From positions 29,795 to 93,794 of the forward strand of contig CAZUGQ010000007.1 of NCBI GenBank assembly GCA_964620125.1: DNA of 64,000 nucleotides, written 5' to 3'. Under the pieces are notes generated by a model. That model was not told the origin of the DNA and ran no database searches. It saw nothing but the letters and a program-made list of their open reading frames with translations. This document shows, one piece after another, positions 1 through 11,280 of the stretch (positions are counted from its first letter, which is position 1; every line of letters starts with the position of its first letter). The translations under genes were made by a program, and so were the position numbers. The DNA is from an uncultured Hyphomicrobiales bacterium. Lineage in GTDB: Bacteria > Bacteroidota > Ignavibacteria > Kapaibacteriales > Kapaibacteriaceae.

Positions 1-2
1 CA

Positions 3-869
3 TTGGATCTTGCCATTCGTATGGCAGGACAATCGCTGGTGGGTACCTATGCTAGGGACTCCATCAACGCTCATGTGCTTTCGACGAAGATCGCGGTGGA
101 CCAGGACGTAACTCTAGCAACACTGGCAAGGCATGTTGGCTGTGACCACATCGTATTTGCCAATGTGAAGCGGTTTGCACGCCTTATCCGTGCAGAAGTT
201 GATGTCGTATACGGTGTGAATTTTGATCTTCGGAAGAAGGGTATTGGGTATGCCTCCATTACCTATGCCCGTGGAGAGAATGAGCTTATTGCCGATCCAG
301 CGATTCTTCTTGCAATGCAACGCGCTCTAGCAAGCGCCCTTACTACGAATCCGAGATTTGATACACTCGAGGCTGAGCTGCGAGCACTGCCTGCACCACT
401 GGTGTCCGTTGGTGGTATTGAGTTCATTAACGACCCTAATCTCGCACCATGGGAAATCTTTAAGCAGCAAATATTGTCGTCCTACGACCTGGCACAAACC
501 ATCGTCACCGCCTTGCAAGAAGTTGATACTTTGACGGTGATCGACATAGAAACTCGCGATTCGATGTATGCTCTGGCAGGCTTGTTATTGATTGAGAACA
601 ATCGGCCGATCTCTGCTCTCGAGATGCGCGTGTTACGTGGTTTCGATGTTGGTATTGTTGTAACTGGCACTCTCGAAAGAAACGGGCAAGGGGCTTTGCT
701 TACGTTATGCAATTCACGTCTTCGAGTGGATGGCACCTTCGATGTAGTGTCTCGTGTCCACGAACAACTAGAAGAAGATAGCAAGGTACAACTCCGCGAA
801 GCTGCATTTGGATGCATCCGCAGACTCTATGGCACCAATCCTACTGCACCACCAGCACAGGGTGACTGA
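3..869 (+). CDS. hypothetical protein, 5'-partial (continues upstream of the window)
   Basis: The ORF is open from the window edge. Its first codon is TTG, shown as M in the track. It is 288 aa, and I recognise no family motif. Confidence 0.4.
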   Translation: MDLAIRMAGQSLVGTYARDSINAHVLSTKIAVDQDVTLATLARHVGCDHIVFANVKRFARLIRAEVDVVYGVNFDLRKKGIGYASITYARGENELIADPAILLAMQRALASALTTNPRFDTLEAELRALPAPLVSVGGIEFINDPNLAPWEIFKQQILSSYDLAQTIVTALQEVDTLTVIDIETRDSMYALAGLLLIENNRPISALEMRVLRGFDVGIVVTGTLERNGQGALLTLCNSRLRVDGTFDVVSRVHEQLEEDSKVQLREAAFGCIRRLYGTNPTAPPAQGD

Positions 870-1698
870 ACCGACCGCCCCGTTGTGTGGTAATCTGTAA
901 TACGTAAAGTCCAGCTGGCAACACATTCACAGGAACCGACACTGTTGACGTTCCGGATGGCACCTGAATTCCAAGCGACCGATACACTACATTGCCGATT
1001 GCATCCACGAGCTCAACATCCAACTCTTCGGAATATGGAGCACGAACCTCAAAACGAACAGCATCATGAGCTGGTTGTGCTCCTACAGTTCTGACCGACG
1101 TTGGTGCCGCAAGTAGGATCATGTTGCGTGGACCACATACGTCAACCACTAGTAGTCCAGGATCATGCAGAATCATCACCGGTTCCTGGCTCCACAGCTC
1201 CGCATTACTAAAGCCGAATGCAGTGCTGTCTGGAATAGCTGGCAGTGCAGTACCCTCCATCACCACGATGGTACCAGGCAAACCAAAGTCTAACCCAAGC
1301 CCCCTCACAAGAACATTCAGCTTGCCATTGGCATAGGTGTGCTCCACTTGTGTACCAGGAAGATTGCCGGAATACACTGTGTCTACATTGTAGTGTAGTG
1401 GCGAAAACGAAACCTGAAAACTGAGAGAATCGGGACGTGCTGCCGTGATATTGTTTTCCCAGTGGATTGGAACAACAACTTTCTCGCCCGCTGCTACCTG
1501 GTATTCATCAATGCGGAGTCCCAACAGATGTTCAGGGGGGGGGGACGTAGGGTAGACCCACACCACGAACACCGATGTCGGTACTTGTGGTACAGCGCCC
1601 AGCTTCCACGAGTGATAAGGTTGTGGTACTGGGGCCCACGAGCGTAGGCTCGAACTGGAGTAGTACGGCAATGGTATCGGCTGGTGGTACCTGGACAC
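841..1698 (-). CDS. C-terminal fragment of a large T9SS-secreted protein, out of frame with 1532..5062 and probably the same gene interrupted at a G10 tract
   Basis: Its C-terminus (...LPAGLYVLQITTQRGGRFSHPVLVVQ) resembles a Por/T9SS C-terminal sorting domain. It overlaps the upstream ORF by 166 nt in a different frame, and the overlap spans a 10-nt homopolymer. Confidence 0.55.
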   Translation of the reverse strand: MSRYHQPIPLPYYSSSSLRSWAPVPQPYHSWKLGAVPQVPTSVFVVWVYPTSPPPEHLLGLRIDEYQVAAGEKVVVPIHWENNITAARPDSLSFQVSFSPLHYNVDTVYSGNLPGTQVEHTYANGKLNVLVRGLGLDFGLPGTIVVMEGTALPAIPDSTAFGFSNAELWSQEPVMILHDPGLLVVDVCGPRNMILLAAPTSVRTVGAQPAHDAVRFEVRAPYSEELDVELVDAIGNVVYRSLGIQVPSGTSTVSVPVNVLPAGLYVLQITTQRGGRFSHPVLVVQ

Positions 1699-4600
1699 CG
1701 ATCACATTGTCCAGCAGCAGCCACCCGGCTGCACTGGCTAATTGAAGATCAAGAATTGTTCGCGCTTCCTCGGTGGGATTAATGATGCGCGCAGCCACCT
1801 GTGTGGATCGTCCAACAACCACGCTGCCAGCATCAACAGGGTCAGGCTCAAGAATCAAGCCTCCGTCAATGCGTTGAGCCGACAGGCGAATGGTGATGCG
1901 ATTGCCGCAAGTCTCGTCAACCAAGGTCATGACGGCTGCAGATGTACCGATAGGCACACGCGATGGATCGCAAGTAACATTCACGGCCACGCTACCAAGG
2001 CCTGCAAGCGTAATGGGCAACCCGCTAACGGTAATCCATGGAGGTAACGCTGAAGCATCAAAGCCAATCGTCACCTCCGAAGTGTCTTTGTTCGTGATAG
2101 TGATAGTCTGAACAACTGGCGGATCGCAGGCACGGACATCAAGGTATTCGAGTGACTGAGGACTAGCAGTCCACGCAGCATAGGCTGCCGAACCAGTTAG
2201 CGGGATATCAACAACGGATCTTGTGCCTGACGATTCTAGCTGCAGAATGGCTTGTGCTTGCCTTTCGACTCTTGGATCGTAGGCAACAACAACCCATTCC
2301 GACGTTCCCTGAGGTAAGGAGAAAGCAGTTGTTGGACGAACCACAGTAAAGGCTGAGGGTACGGGGCTGATCACCGGGGTGTGGAAGGAAGCATCGGTGC
2401 TGTTGGCATGAATCTCCACACTGTCTATTCTAACAGCCGAATCGCATCCAGCATCGAAGTGTAATTCTGGAGTTTTCACCTGAAACTCGTTGCTCAGTGC
2501 CCTAAGGAGTATTTGCGCCGACGCAGTTGCCGCGCATGGACCTGAAAGGGTTACCAGGAGATCCGTTGAATATGTTCTTACGCTTGATGGAGTCCATGAT
2601 ACTGTTACGTCAATGGTTCTTCCAGATGGCAGGGTAACTGGTGGAGCAAAGTTCACAGAGAACTCCGCATCCATCTTTAGTGGTGCGATGCTACCGATGA
2701 CAACCGTTTCCATTCCTCCGTTTCGAATAGTCACTTGTCTCACCAGCGACTGACCTACGCTTACGGAGTCTATCAATGGATTCGGAGAAAGCTCAAGACT
2801 CAAGGATCGAATCTTTGCAGTGACTATCACAGCCACAGCCGTATCGCACGGTGTTATTCGCACGAGGATCGTATCTGAGACTACTCCAGTCCCGGTTGCA
2901 GTCCAGGTAAAACGATTACTCCTGTTCTCGCCACGCAACACTACCCTGGTACCCGACTGCAGATTGTTGATTCTTGCAGAGTTTTCGGTGGTTGTATATC
3001 TGAATAGTGATGGACCTTGATTGGAGATGGTGAAGCTTGTGTCTACAACTTCGCCTTCGCATACTTCTCCCAGATCAATCGCCAGGGGGCTAACGGAAGA
3101 GAGAACACTATTGGAGGTAGCGCGCAGGTTTACGTTCCATGGTTGTACGGAACCTCGTGCCGTTGTGGCATCATCATGATTAATCTGTAGGACGCCCGAA
3201 ACATCGGAGGAAGACGGAGTGACAACGATCAGGATGGTATCCGATTCTCCTGGCAGCACTCGCCATGGTGGTTGAGAACCTGCATTGCGCAGCCCAGTTA
3301 TTTGAAAGCTCTCCGGTGAAAGTCCGAGCACATTCATCGAGTACACCGTTAGGTCCATGTTGCCGGTGTTGGCAAGGGGAATGCGTAGCGTGTCGGACAT
3401 CTCGCATCCAATGGAAGCACTGGCAGTGGTATCTGACCTGATAATCGGCGATAGTCCGTATGCGCGTATTGTAATGTGTGTATCGCGCTGGCAGGGTGCA
3501 AGAGTTACCCGAAACCGAGCCTGCACCCAACCCGTGTCGGCCAGGGTGCCCCCTATAAAGGATTGTGCAACCGGTGGGCCTGCATTGATGATGGTAGGAT
3601 ATTCAGCGGCAAGACTTAGCTGCGTGGAGCCGCTATCGCGTTGTATGTCCACGATTGACTCAAGCGGTGGTGCTGCAGCCGTCCACTCGAGAACACGATT
3701 TATTGGGCTACCCGCTCGATGGTTAAACTGCACCAACGTGTCGGTAGGTTTGGCATTAAATGTTCTACGTTCACCTTCAAGCAGCACTGCCAGGGTGGTA
3801 TCTGGTTCTCGAATTCTGATAACCATCGATGCTTGCCTTCTGCCCGCAGCAAGAGCGCGGTACTCAACGATGACCCTGGTACGTGAGCATGCGGGCAAGG
3901 GGTCAGGGATCACATTTACAACCCTGTACATCCAGGCATGTTCACCCACGAGTTCGATAGACCACGGACTGGAGGAGAAGTTCACGTTGTTCACGTACAC
4001 GGTGTCGTACAGGTTTGAATCTGGGCATGCACCAAGAAACAGCAGAACGGAGTCACTGAGCTCGCGAAGGGGTTTTGCTAGGTAGTAGACGCCTTCTCCA
4101 ACCACCCAACCGGTGCTATCGTTTAGGAAGAAGACATCGTCCATGTGTCTACCATTCAAGCCACAATTTTTCAAGCTCCATTCACTTGCCAACGCTCCGC
4201 CTGTTTCCGTATACCAAACGTTTGCATTGGTACCTACAGCCCATGCCTTTTGATTGGTGATCATGAAAACGCCGAACATGTCGTTACCGGTTTCCACGTG
4301 TGACCATGTTGCTCCATCGTCGTGGCTTACGCGCATTCCCCCGCCTGAGTATCCACCTGATGCGCAATTGCTTGTTGCGCAGCTAACCATAAACGAGTTC
4401 CCAGATCGCGAGATTTCCTCGTGCCATGGTGAGTTGGCACCTGTGTAGGCTTCAACTGACCATGTAGCTCCGCTATCCTGCGACTTCCACAACGTGCCAT
4501 TGCCAGCGGCAAACACCGTACTAGCAGGAAGGTCGGGTTGCCACAGTGGATCGGCAAGATTCGATCGTTTGACACTCGTGTCTTGGTATCGCGTCCACGT

Positions 4601-5062
4601 AGACCCGCCATCAACTGTCCGGTAAAAGTTATTTACGCCACAGCCCCCTCCCGTGAGCCATCCATCGGTTTCCGATCGGAACCAGCCTCCCCAGATGTTT
4701 GTTGGCACGGTATCGAGTGTAAGGCGGGACCAGGTGGCACCACCATCGGTAGACTTGAAAGCGCCACACGGGCCGGAGCAGAATCCGACGGAGGTACTCA
4801 GGAACTGGATGTATTCCAGGTGGCACGCTGAGTCGGTTTGCGCGCCTTGCCAGGTGCGGCCACCATTGGTGGTGCGGATAACGTACCCATGATATCGGTC
4901 GCACGCCCAGCCGTAGTTTTGGTTGCTGGGAAGGAAGAAGATGTCGAGGTAGTATCCTGCGTCATAGGGAGCAGGTATCTGTGCGGGAGCCCATCGCTGC
5001 GAGAGAGCGGGAAGGGTTCCGCACAGAAAGAGTAGAGAGAGGATGGTCCTCTGAACGATCAT
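1532..5062 (-). CDS. large secreted protein with an N-terminal BNR/Ycf48-like beta-propeller followed by repeated Ig-like domains, probably fused with 841..1698 as one T9SS cargo of about 1460 aa
   Basis: Signal peptide MIVQRTILSLLFLCGTLPALSQ. Repeated S-x-D-x-G-x-T-W motifs (TNGGRTW, TDGGATW, VDGGSTW, QDSGATW, HDDGATW) are typical of BNR/sialidase-like propellers. A long beta-rich repeat region follows. The ORF stops directly after the C10 tract (PPP*). Confidence 0.6.
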   Translation of the reverse strand: MIVQRTILSLLFLCGTLPALSQRWAPAQIPAPYDAGYYLDIFFLPSNQNYGWACDRYHGYVIRTTNGGRTWQGAQTDSACHLEYIQFLSTSVGFCSGPCGAFKSTDGGATWSRLTLDTVPTNIWGGWFRSETDGWLTGGGCGVNNFYRTVDGGSTWTRYQDTSVKRSNLADPLWQPDLPASTVFAAGNGTLWKSQDSGATWSVEAYTGANSPWHEEISRSGNSFMVSCATSNCASGGYSGGGMRVSHDDGATWSHVETGNDMFGVFMITNQKAWAVGTNANVWYTETGGALASEWSLKNCGLNGRHMDDVFFLNDSTGWVVGEGVYYLAKPLRELSDSVLLFLGACPDSNLYDTVYVNNVNFSSSPWSIELVGEHAWMYRVVNVIPDPLPACSRTRVIVEYRALAAGRRQASMVIRIREPDTTLAVLLEGERRTFNAKPTDTLVQFNHRAGSPINRVLEWTAAAPPLESIVDIQRDSGSTQLSLAAEYPTIINAGPPVAQSFIGGTLADTGWVQARFRVTLAPCQRDTHITIRAYGLSPIIRSDTTASASIGCEMSDTLRIPLANTGNMDLTVYSMNVLGLSPESFQITGLRNAGSQPPWRVLPGESDTILIVVTPSSSDVSGVLQINHDDATTARGSVQPWNVNLRATSNSVLSSVSPLAIDLGEVCEGEVVDTSFTISNQGPSLFRYTTTENSARINNLQSGTRVVLRGENRSNRFTWTATGTGVVSDTILVRITPCDTAVAVIVTAKIRSLSLELSPNPLIDSVSVGQSLVRQVTIRNGGMETVVIGSIAPLKMDAEFSVNFAPPVTLPSGRTIDVTVSWTPSSVRTYSTDLLVTLSGPCAATASAQILLRALSNEFQVKTPELHFDAGCDSAVRIDSVEIHANSTDASFHTPVISPVPSAFTVVRPTTAFSLPQGTSEWVVVAYDPRVERQAQAILQLESSGTRSVVDIPLTGSAAYAAWTASPQSLEYLDVRACDPPVVQTITITNKDTSEVTIGFDASALPPWITVSGLPITLAGLGSVAVNVTCDPSRVPIGTSAAVMTLVDETCGNRITIRLSAQRIDGGLILEPDPVDAGSVVVGRSTQVAARIINPTEEARTILDLQLASAAGWLLLDNVIGVQVPPADTIAVLLQFEPTLVGPSTTTLSLVEAGRCTTSTDIGVRGVGLPYVPPP
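1535..1544. repeat. G10/C10 homopolymer at the junction of two overlapping ORFs; a +/-1 indel fuses them
   Basis: Read directly: ttca-gggggggggg-acgtag. On the minus strand, frame A reads ...YVPPP*. Frame B reads ...TSPPPEHLLG and continues to the T9SS CTD. Confidence 0.8.
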
Positions 5063-5135
5063 CAGAGGAACATAACAGTTTTTTTATCGTGTGGTTTCCC
5101 GGGGTAAGGGGGGAAAGCGTACAATTTCGTACTGG

Positions 5136-5200
5136 GTGCCGGGGACTTATGTGCCGGGTACTCAGCTGGGCTGAGTACCCGGCACATAAGTCCCCGGCAC
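5136..5200. repeat. perfect 31-bp inverted repeat (stem 5136-5166/5170-5200, 3-nt loop); each arm is two tandem 15-bp units of the GTGCCGGG repeat family
   Basis: Left arm gtgccggggacttat|gtgccgggtactcagc. The right arm is its exact reverse complement. It lies between the purA stop and the start of the 1532..5062 gene. The core octamer CCCGGCAC/GTGCCGGG occurs 4 times here. Confidence 0.85.
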
Positions 5201-5207
5201 TATCCTT

Positions 5208-6816
<1,609 letters not shown>

Positions 6817-6817
6817 G

Positions 6818-7765
6818 TTAGGCCTTGTTTGGCGCAGTGTGAACCTTGCCAATGTTCTTGTGCTTTACACGATCGGTGTACCATAACACGAATGACGAGG
6901 CAATGTAAATGGAAGAATACGTTCCAATGACAATGCCAACAAACATGGTAAAGGCAAACCCTTCCAGCACGTCGCCACCAAAGAATACCAACACTAGCAA
7001 TGCAGCTAAAACCGATATACCGGTGATAATCGTTCTGCTCAACGTTTCGTTGATGCTCAGGTTGATGAGGTCGCTCATGCTCATCCCCTTATGCTTCTCT
7101 CGGTTCTCACGAATACGGTCGAATACTACCACCTTGTCGTTGATTGAATAACCAAGTATTGTCAAGTAGGCAGCAATGGAATTGATGCTCAAATCCAGAT
7201 TGAGCAATCCTGTCTTATTGAACAATACGGATATCACAAAGGCAAGCACCACGTCGTGCAAGAGCGCTACGATGGCCCCAAGACCAAACACGAACTCGAA
7301 CCGTATGGCAATGTAGATGAGCATCACAACAAATGCCACCACCAAAGCAAGAATGGAGTTCAAGGCTAACTCAGACGAGACCTTTACAGCCACGTTGTCT
7401 GCCCCTAACAGTGTAACCGAATCGTTAGGAAACTTCTGCTGCAGGCCCGATACGATGCGTTGAGACACTTCGGTAGGGTTCCCCGTAACGCCAATTCGAA
7501 TGAGATACTCACCAGGTGCACCAAAACTCTTGAGTTCTGCACTACTGAATCCGAGTCTTCCGAGCGAAGCTCGGATCTGCTCCGTACTAGCAGAGTTCTT
7601 GGCAAACTTGACGGTTACCTGGGTTCCACCCGTGAAGTCAATTCCAAGATCTATCCCCAGCACGAAGCAGGCTATCAAGCCAACAACGCTGATGATGGCA
7701 GAGGTTAAGAATAGCTTTCCCCGCGAGGAGATAAAGTCAATGTTGGTTTTCTTGATCAGATCCAT
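6818..7765 (-). CDS. secF: protein translocase subunit SecF
   Basis: MDLIKKTNIDFISSRGKLFLTSAIISVVGL...GIDFTGGTQV is a SecF signature. It has six TM segments and lies adjacent to secD. Confidence 0.9.
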   Translation of the reverse strand: MDLIKKTNIDFISSRGKLFLTSAIISVVGLIACFVLGIDLGIDFTGGTQVTVKFAKNSASTEQIRASLGRLGFSSAELKSFGAPGEYLIRIGVTGNPTEVSQRIVSGLQQKFPNDSVTLLGADNVAVKVSSELALNSILALVVAFVVMLIYIAIRFEFVFGLGAIVALLHDVVLAFVISVLFNKTGLLNLDLSINSIAAYLTILGYSINDKVVVFDRIRENREKHKGMSMSDLINLSINETLSRTIITGISVLAALLVLVFFGGDVLEGFAFTMFVGIVIGTYSSIYIASSFVLWYTDRVKHKNIGKVHTAPNKA

Positions 7766-7794
7766 GGCTTTCCTCGTTCCGTTCTGCGTTGTCC

Positions 7795-9849
7795 TTAGGC
7801 CTTCTTCTGGCCAAGGTTGATTGTGGTTGCACCACGGGCAATGATGAGCTCAAACATGGCGCGCGTTACCACAATGGCTGTGAACAACGTCATCAATACA
7901 CCAATGATAAGCGTGACGGCAAAGCCCTTAACGGGGCCGGTGCCAAGGAAAATGAGCACGACGCCGGACAACATGTTGGTCACGTTCGAATCAAGCACTG
8001 CACTCCAGGCCTTGTCAAATCCTTGCTCAACAGCAGATCGCAACTGTCGGCCAGCTGCCAACTCCTCCCGGATGCGTTCGAATACAAGAATGTTAGCGTC
8101 AACCGCCATTGCTGTGGCCAATATGATACCGGCAATGCCGGGTAGTGTAAGCGTACCACCAAAACCAATGAGTGCTGCAACTACCAACAGTACGTTCATT
8201 AGCAGGGCGATATCGGCTAATGCACCACCAACTGCGTAGTACACCAGCATGAACACGATTACCAACCCTAAGGAGATGAGAGATGAGGTAATCCCCCGGC
8301 GAATGGAGTCCTCACCAAGTGATGGACCAACAACTCGCTCTTCAATAATTTTTACAGGTGCCTTCAGTGCACCAGCTTTCAATACAACTGCCAACAGATT
8401 GGCTTCAGCAGCACTCCGCGATCCGGTAATCTGTGAAGAGCCATTGGGAATCTTGTTGATCACGTTTGGAGCTGAGTACACCCTGTCGTCCAAAACGATG
8501 GCTATTCTCTTGCCAATGTTTGCTCCTGTGATCTGTGCCCATCGCTCCGATCCGAGTGCATCCATCTGCATCATCACGATAGGAGCATTGTTGGCTGGGT
8601 CAAAGCTGGGATACGCTTCTGTAATCACATCACCTGTAAGCTCTGCTTCCGACGCAACAGCGTACATGTAGTATGCCTTCTCGCTTTCAGGGGCATCATC
8701 AGCTCCCTCACTCGTTGCTCCTACAAGGATTTCCATGTCTACGGGAACCACTCGCTTGACATCTGGTCTGTCAAGAATGGCCAGAACCTTTGCAAGGTCG
8801 CGAGAGGAAATCATGAAGTTGTAGAAGCCTTCGGTCGGCAGTCCATCGACCTTCACACCTGCAAGGGAAAAACTTTGCGGTTGACTGTTCTCGGTTTGGG
8901 CATAATACCCAGCAATCATGTGCGAAAGCGGATAATCTGCACGTATCCTGCGAGTCCGCTCATCATCCGACAATCCTGCATACGGATCAGCTGTGTCCGC
9001 TGCCTTGGCACTGTCGGCCTTCGCACTATCAGTTGCCGTGGTGTCTGTTGCCGTTGCTGTTGCTAACGCAACGTTCCGTGTGCTATCGGCTGTTGTACTG
9101 TCCACTGTTGCCGTGTCAGCAGCTTCTTCCACCACACCTTTTAGCGCATTGTCAATGGCAAGTACTGCCTGAACAAAACGTGTTCCATTTAACACTCGCT
9201 TGAACTCCAGTCGAGCGGTGGTTTGCAGCAGCTTTCGAATTTCCGACTCGTCCTTTACGTCGGGTAGCTCTAGCTGAATACGGCGTGAGCCAACCTTCTC
9301 TATCGCAGCTTCCGATACGTCGTACTTATTAATACGCTGTTTGATCACCTGCAAGGCCTGATCAACGGCTTCATCCACATCCTTGCGCAATTTCTCTACA
9401 ACAGCTTCCTCGGTTACATCAAGCTGGTTGCTCACTGTAAAGTATTGCAGAAGCGACATTTTCCGTTTGCGGAAGTTCGCAAGGAAGGTTTCCAGTACGT
9501 CAAGGTCAGACTTGTCCGTTTGCTTACGCGTATCCTCCAGTACCTTCATGAACTCATCATCAATAGCATCCGACAATGCAGATTCCTCGATGAGCTTGAG
9601 CACGTCAACTTCCAGCGTAACGTACATGCCGCCACGCAGGTCAAGACCAAGCTTCATCCGTTTGGACTTTGCCTGATCGTACTCCTCTCCCTTCGACTCC
9701 TCCCACGCTTCTAAGGCTGCGGAGTCAGACTTGAGAGCAGATCGCTCGGCATCAAGCTGATAGAACTGATAGGTGGGGTAAAACAGGTATGCGGCCGCCG
9801 CCAATGGCAGGATGATGTACAACCAGCGACCTAATGACTTTTGATTCAA
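7795..9849 (-). CDS. secD: protein translocase subunit SecD
   Basis: GLDLRGGMYVTLEVD is the SecD signature, and the C-terminal membrane domain resembles SecD/F. The start is uncertain. I chose the TTG (MNQKSLGRWLYIILPLAAAAYL) preceded by AGGAGG. The ORF track allows up to 9987. Confidence 0.85.
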   Translation of the reverse strand: MNQKSLGRWLYIILPLAAAAYLFYPTYQFYQLDAERSALKSDSAALEAWEESKGEEYDQAKSKRMKLGLDLRGGMYVTLEVDVLKLIEESALSDAIDDEFMKVLEDTRKQTDKSDLDVLETFLANFRKRKMSLLQYFTVSNQLDVTEEAVVEKLRKDVDEAVDQALQVIKQRINKYDVSEAAIEKVGSRRIQLELPDVKDESEIRKLLQTTARLEFKRVLNGTRFVQAVLAIDNALKGVVEEAADTATVDSTTADSTRNVALATATATDTTATDSAKADSAKAADTADPYAGLSDDERTRRIRADYPLSHMIAGYYAQTENSQPQSFSLAGVKVDGLPTEGFYNFMISSRDLAKVLAILDRPDVKRVVPVDMEILVGATSEGADDAPESEKAYYMYAVASEAELTGDVITEAYPSFDPANNAPIVMMQMDALGSERWAQITGANIGKRIAIVLDDRVYSAPNVINKIPNGSSQITGSRSAAEANLLAVVLKAGALKAPVKIIEERVVGPSLGEDSIRRGITSSLISLGLVIVFMLVYYAVGGALADIALLMNVLLVVAALIGFGGTLTLPGIAGIILATAMAVDANILVFERIREELAAGRQLRSAVEQGFDKAWSAVLDSNVTNMLSGVVLIFLGTGPVKGFAVTLIIGVLMTLFTAIVVTRAMFELIIARGATTINLGQKKA

Positions 9850-9985
9850 GGATGCCTCCTGGAACGAACTGCAACGACCCTCCGAACAATGGAGGGTCGG
9901 GACAAGGACGGCAAATATACGGTAGCACCCTCTACTTAAATTGGTGCTCATGAGTTGGATGGAGCTCGACCTAAGCAAGTACCCC

Positions 9986-10657
9986 ATGCCCAGGGTTCGC
10001 CACCACGTTAGTCCGCAGAGTTATCTCCCGGCCAGTCAACAACATGTTCGTCCGGCATGGTATCCTCCGCCCATTAACCACATTCAGTGGAGTGCATGGT
10101 TTGGTAATGGGGCTCCGGCTGATGTGCTCGACATTGGGTGTGGCCGCGGCGGATTCCTATTACAGTATGCGCTGGCAAATCCAACACACAACGTTCTGGG
10201 CTTGGAAGTCCGCGAAACACTCGTCAACTGGATCAATAGCGTGATCCATGGTGAACGGCTAGCCAACGCACGGGCAGTTTGGTATTCCGTTGCAAACGGC
10301 CTTTCGTGGATTCCAACGGCCAGCATTCACACTGTTACCTATCTATTTGCTGATCCCTGGCCTAAAAAACGACACCACAAGCGGCGCGCCTTCACCGCCG
10401 AACTGTTAACGGAGCTGGATCGCATTCTCACACCAGACGGAACCATCTATCTGGCTACCGACCGCCACGACGTTGAAGCACACCAGGCCGAAGTGATTTC
10501 TCATCACGGAACATTCCTGCTCGAACACATCGATCCCACGTCCTGGCCTTTCCCATTCGCTACCGATCAACAACGTTTCTGCGAGCGCAAGGGAATCGCC
10601 TACACACTCGCAAAGGCATACCGCCGTTCAACACCCACCACTTCACTCACACCGTAG
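9986..10657 (+). CDS. trmB: tRNA (guanine46-N7)-methyltransferase
   Basis: VLDIGCGRGGF is a SAM-binding motif and FADPWPKKRHHKRR is the TrmB signature. The start MPRVRHH is placed about 48 aa before the G-rich motif, as in characterised TrmB. Confidence 0.85.
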   Translation: MPRVRHHVSPQSYLPASQQHVRPAWYPPPINHIQWSAWFGNGAPADVLDIGCGRGGFLLQYALANPTHNVLGLEVRETLVNWINSVIHGERLANARAVWYSVANGLSWIPTASIHTVTYLFADPWPKKRHHKRRAFTAELLTELDRILTPDGTIYLATDRHDVEAHQAEVISHHGTFLLEHIDPTSWPFPFATDQQRFCERKGIAYTLAKAYRRSTPTTSLTP

Positions 10658-10680
10658 CAACAATCCCCCGTCCACACTCA

Positions 10681-11280
10681 ATGCGCTACGACCGCAGCTC
10701 TACCACTCTGATGCCGGAAGTGATTCTCCTGGGATACCGCAACGGTTTTTTCCCCATGGCCGATCCGGACACAGATAGGGTGCACTGGCATCGTCCAGAC
10801 CCACGCGGGGTGCTGCCACTGGATCGTATTCACCTGTCGCGATCATTGCGACAAGTTGTTCGCAGAGGGACGTTTCGCGTTACGGTGAACGAATGTTTTC
10901 AAGACGTCATCGCAGCGTGTGCCAATCGCGAAGACACATGGATATCGGACGCCATCAAAGAAGCCTACACGGAGCTCCACAACCTTGGTTATGCACACAG
11001 CGTTGAAGCGTGGATTGGAACAGAACTCGTTGGTGGCTTGTATGGCGTTGCCATCAACGCAGCGTTCTTTGGCGAGAGCATGTTCTCCCACGTGAGCAAC
11101 GCCTCGAAAGTGGCTTTTGTGCACCTTGTACAGCAACTTCGGGAAAGGGGCTTTCGGTTGCTTGATACACAATACGTGAACGACTTTACACTTTCCCTCG
11201 GAGCGATTCAAATCCCTGATGTTCTATATCAGGTTATACTTGCCGACGCACTTAGCCACGACATTGCATTTATCGAGTGA
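10681..11280 (+). CDS. aat: leucyl/phenylalanyl-tRNA--protein transferase
   Basis: GYRNGFFPMADP...HW...PDPRGVLPLD...YGVAINAAFFGESMFS is the conserved L/F-transferase core. Confidence 0.85.
   Translation: MRYDRSSTTLMPEVILLGYRNGFFPMADPDTDRVHWHRPDPRGVLPLDRIHLSRSLRQVVRRGTFRVTVNECFQDVIAACANREDTWISDAIKEAYTELHNLGYAHSVEAWIGTELVGGLYGVAINAAFFGESMFSHVSNASKVAFVHLVQQLRERGFRLLDTQYVNDFTLSLGAIQIPDVLYQVILADALSHDIAFIE

Noticed and set aside
3-5. Methionine start of the first ORF
   Set aside because: The codon is TTG, rendered as M by the ORF caller. The gene is almost certainly 5'-truncated by the window edge.
3357-4085. 242-aa plus-strand ORF inside the giant 1532..5062 gene; similarly 28530..29354 (+), 20525..20920 (+), 13139..13966 (-) and other long antisense ORFs
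   Set aside because: They lie antisense within well-supported long genes. Their composition (Pro/Arg/Ser-rich) is typical of the mirror-frame artefact in GC-rich coding DNA.
9850-9987. Longer SecD N-terminus (MGYLLRSSS...) overlapping the trmB start
   Set aside because: The extension lacks signal or TM character before the first SecD TM helix. A TTG preceded by AGGAGG gives a canonical N-terminus. This is uncertain, so the alternative is noted in the feature.
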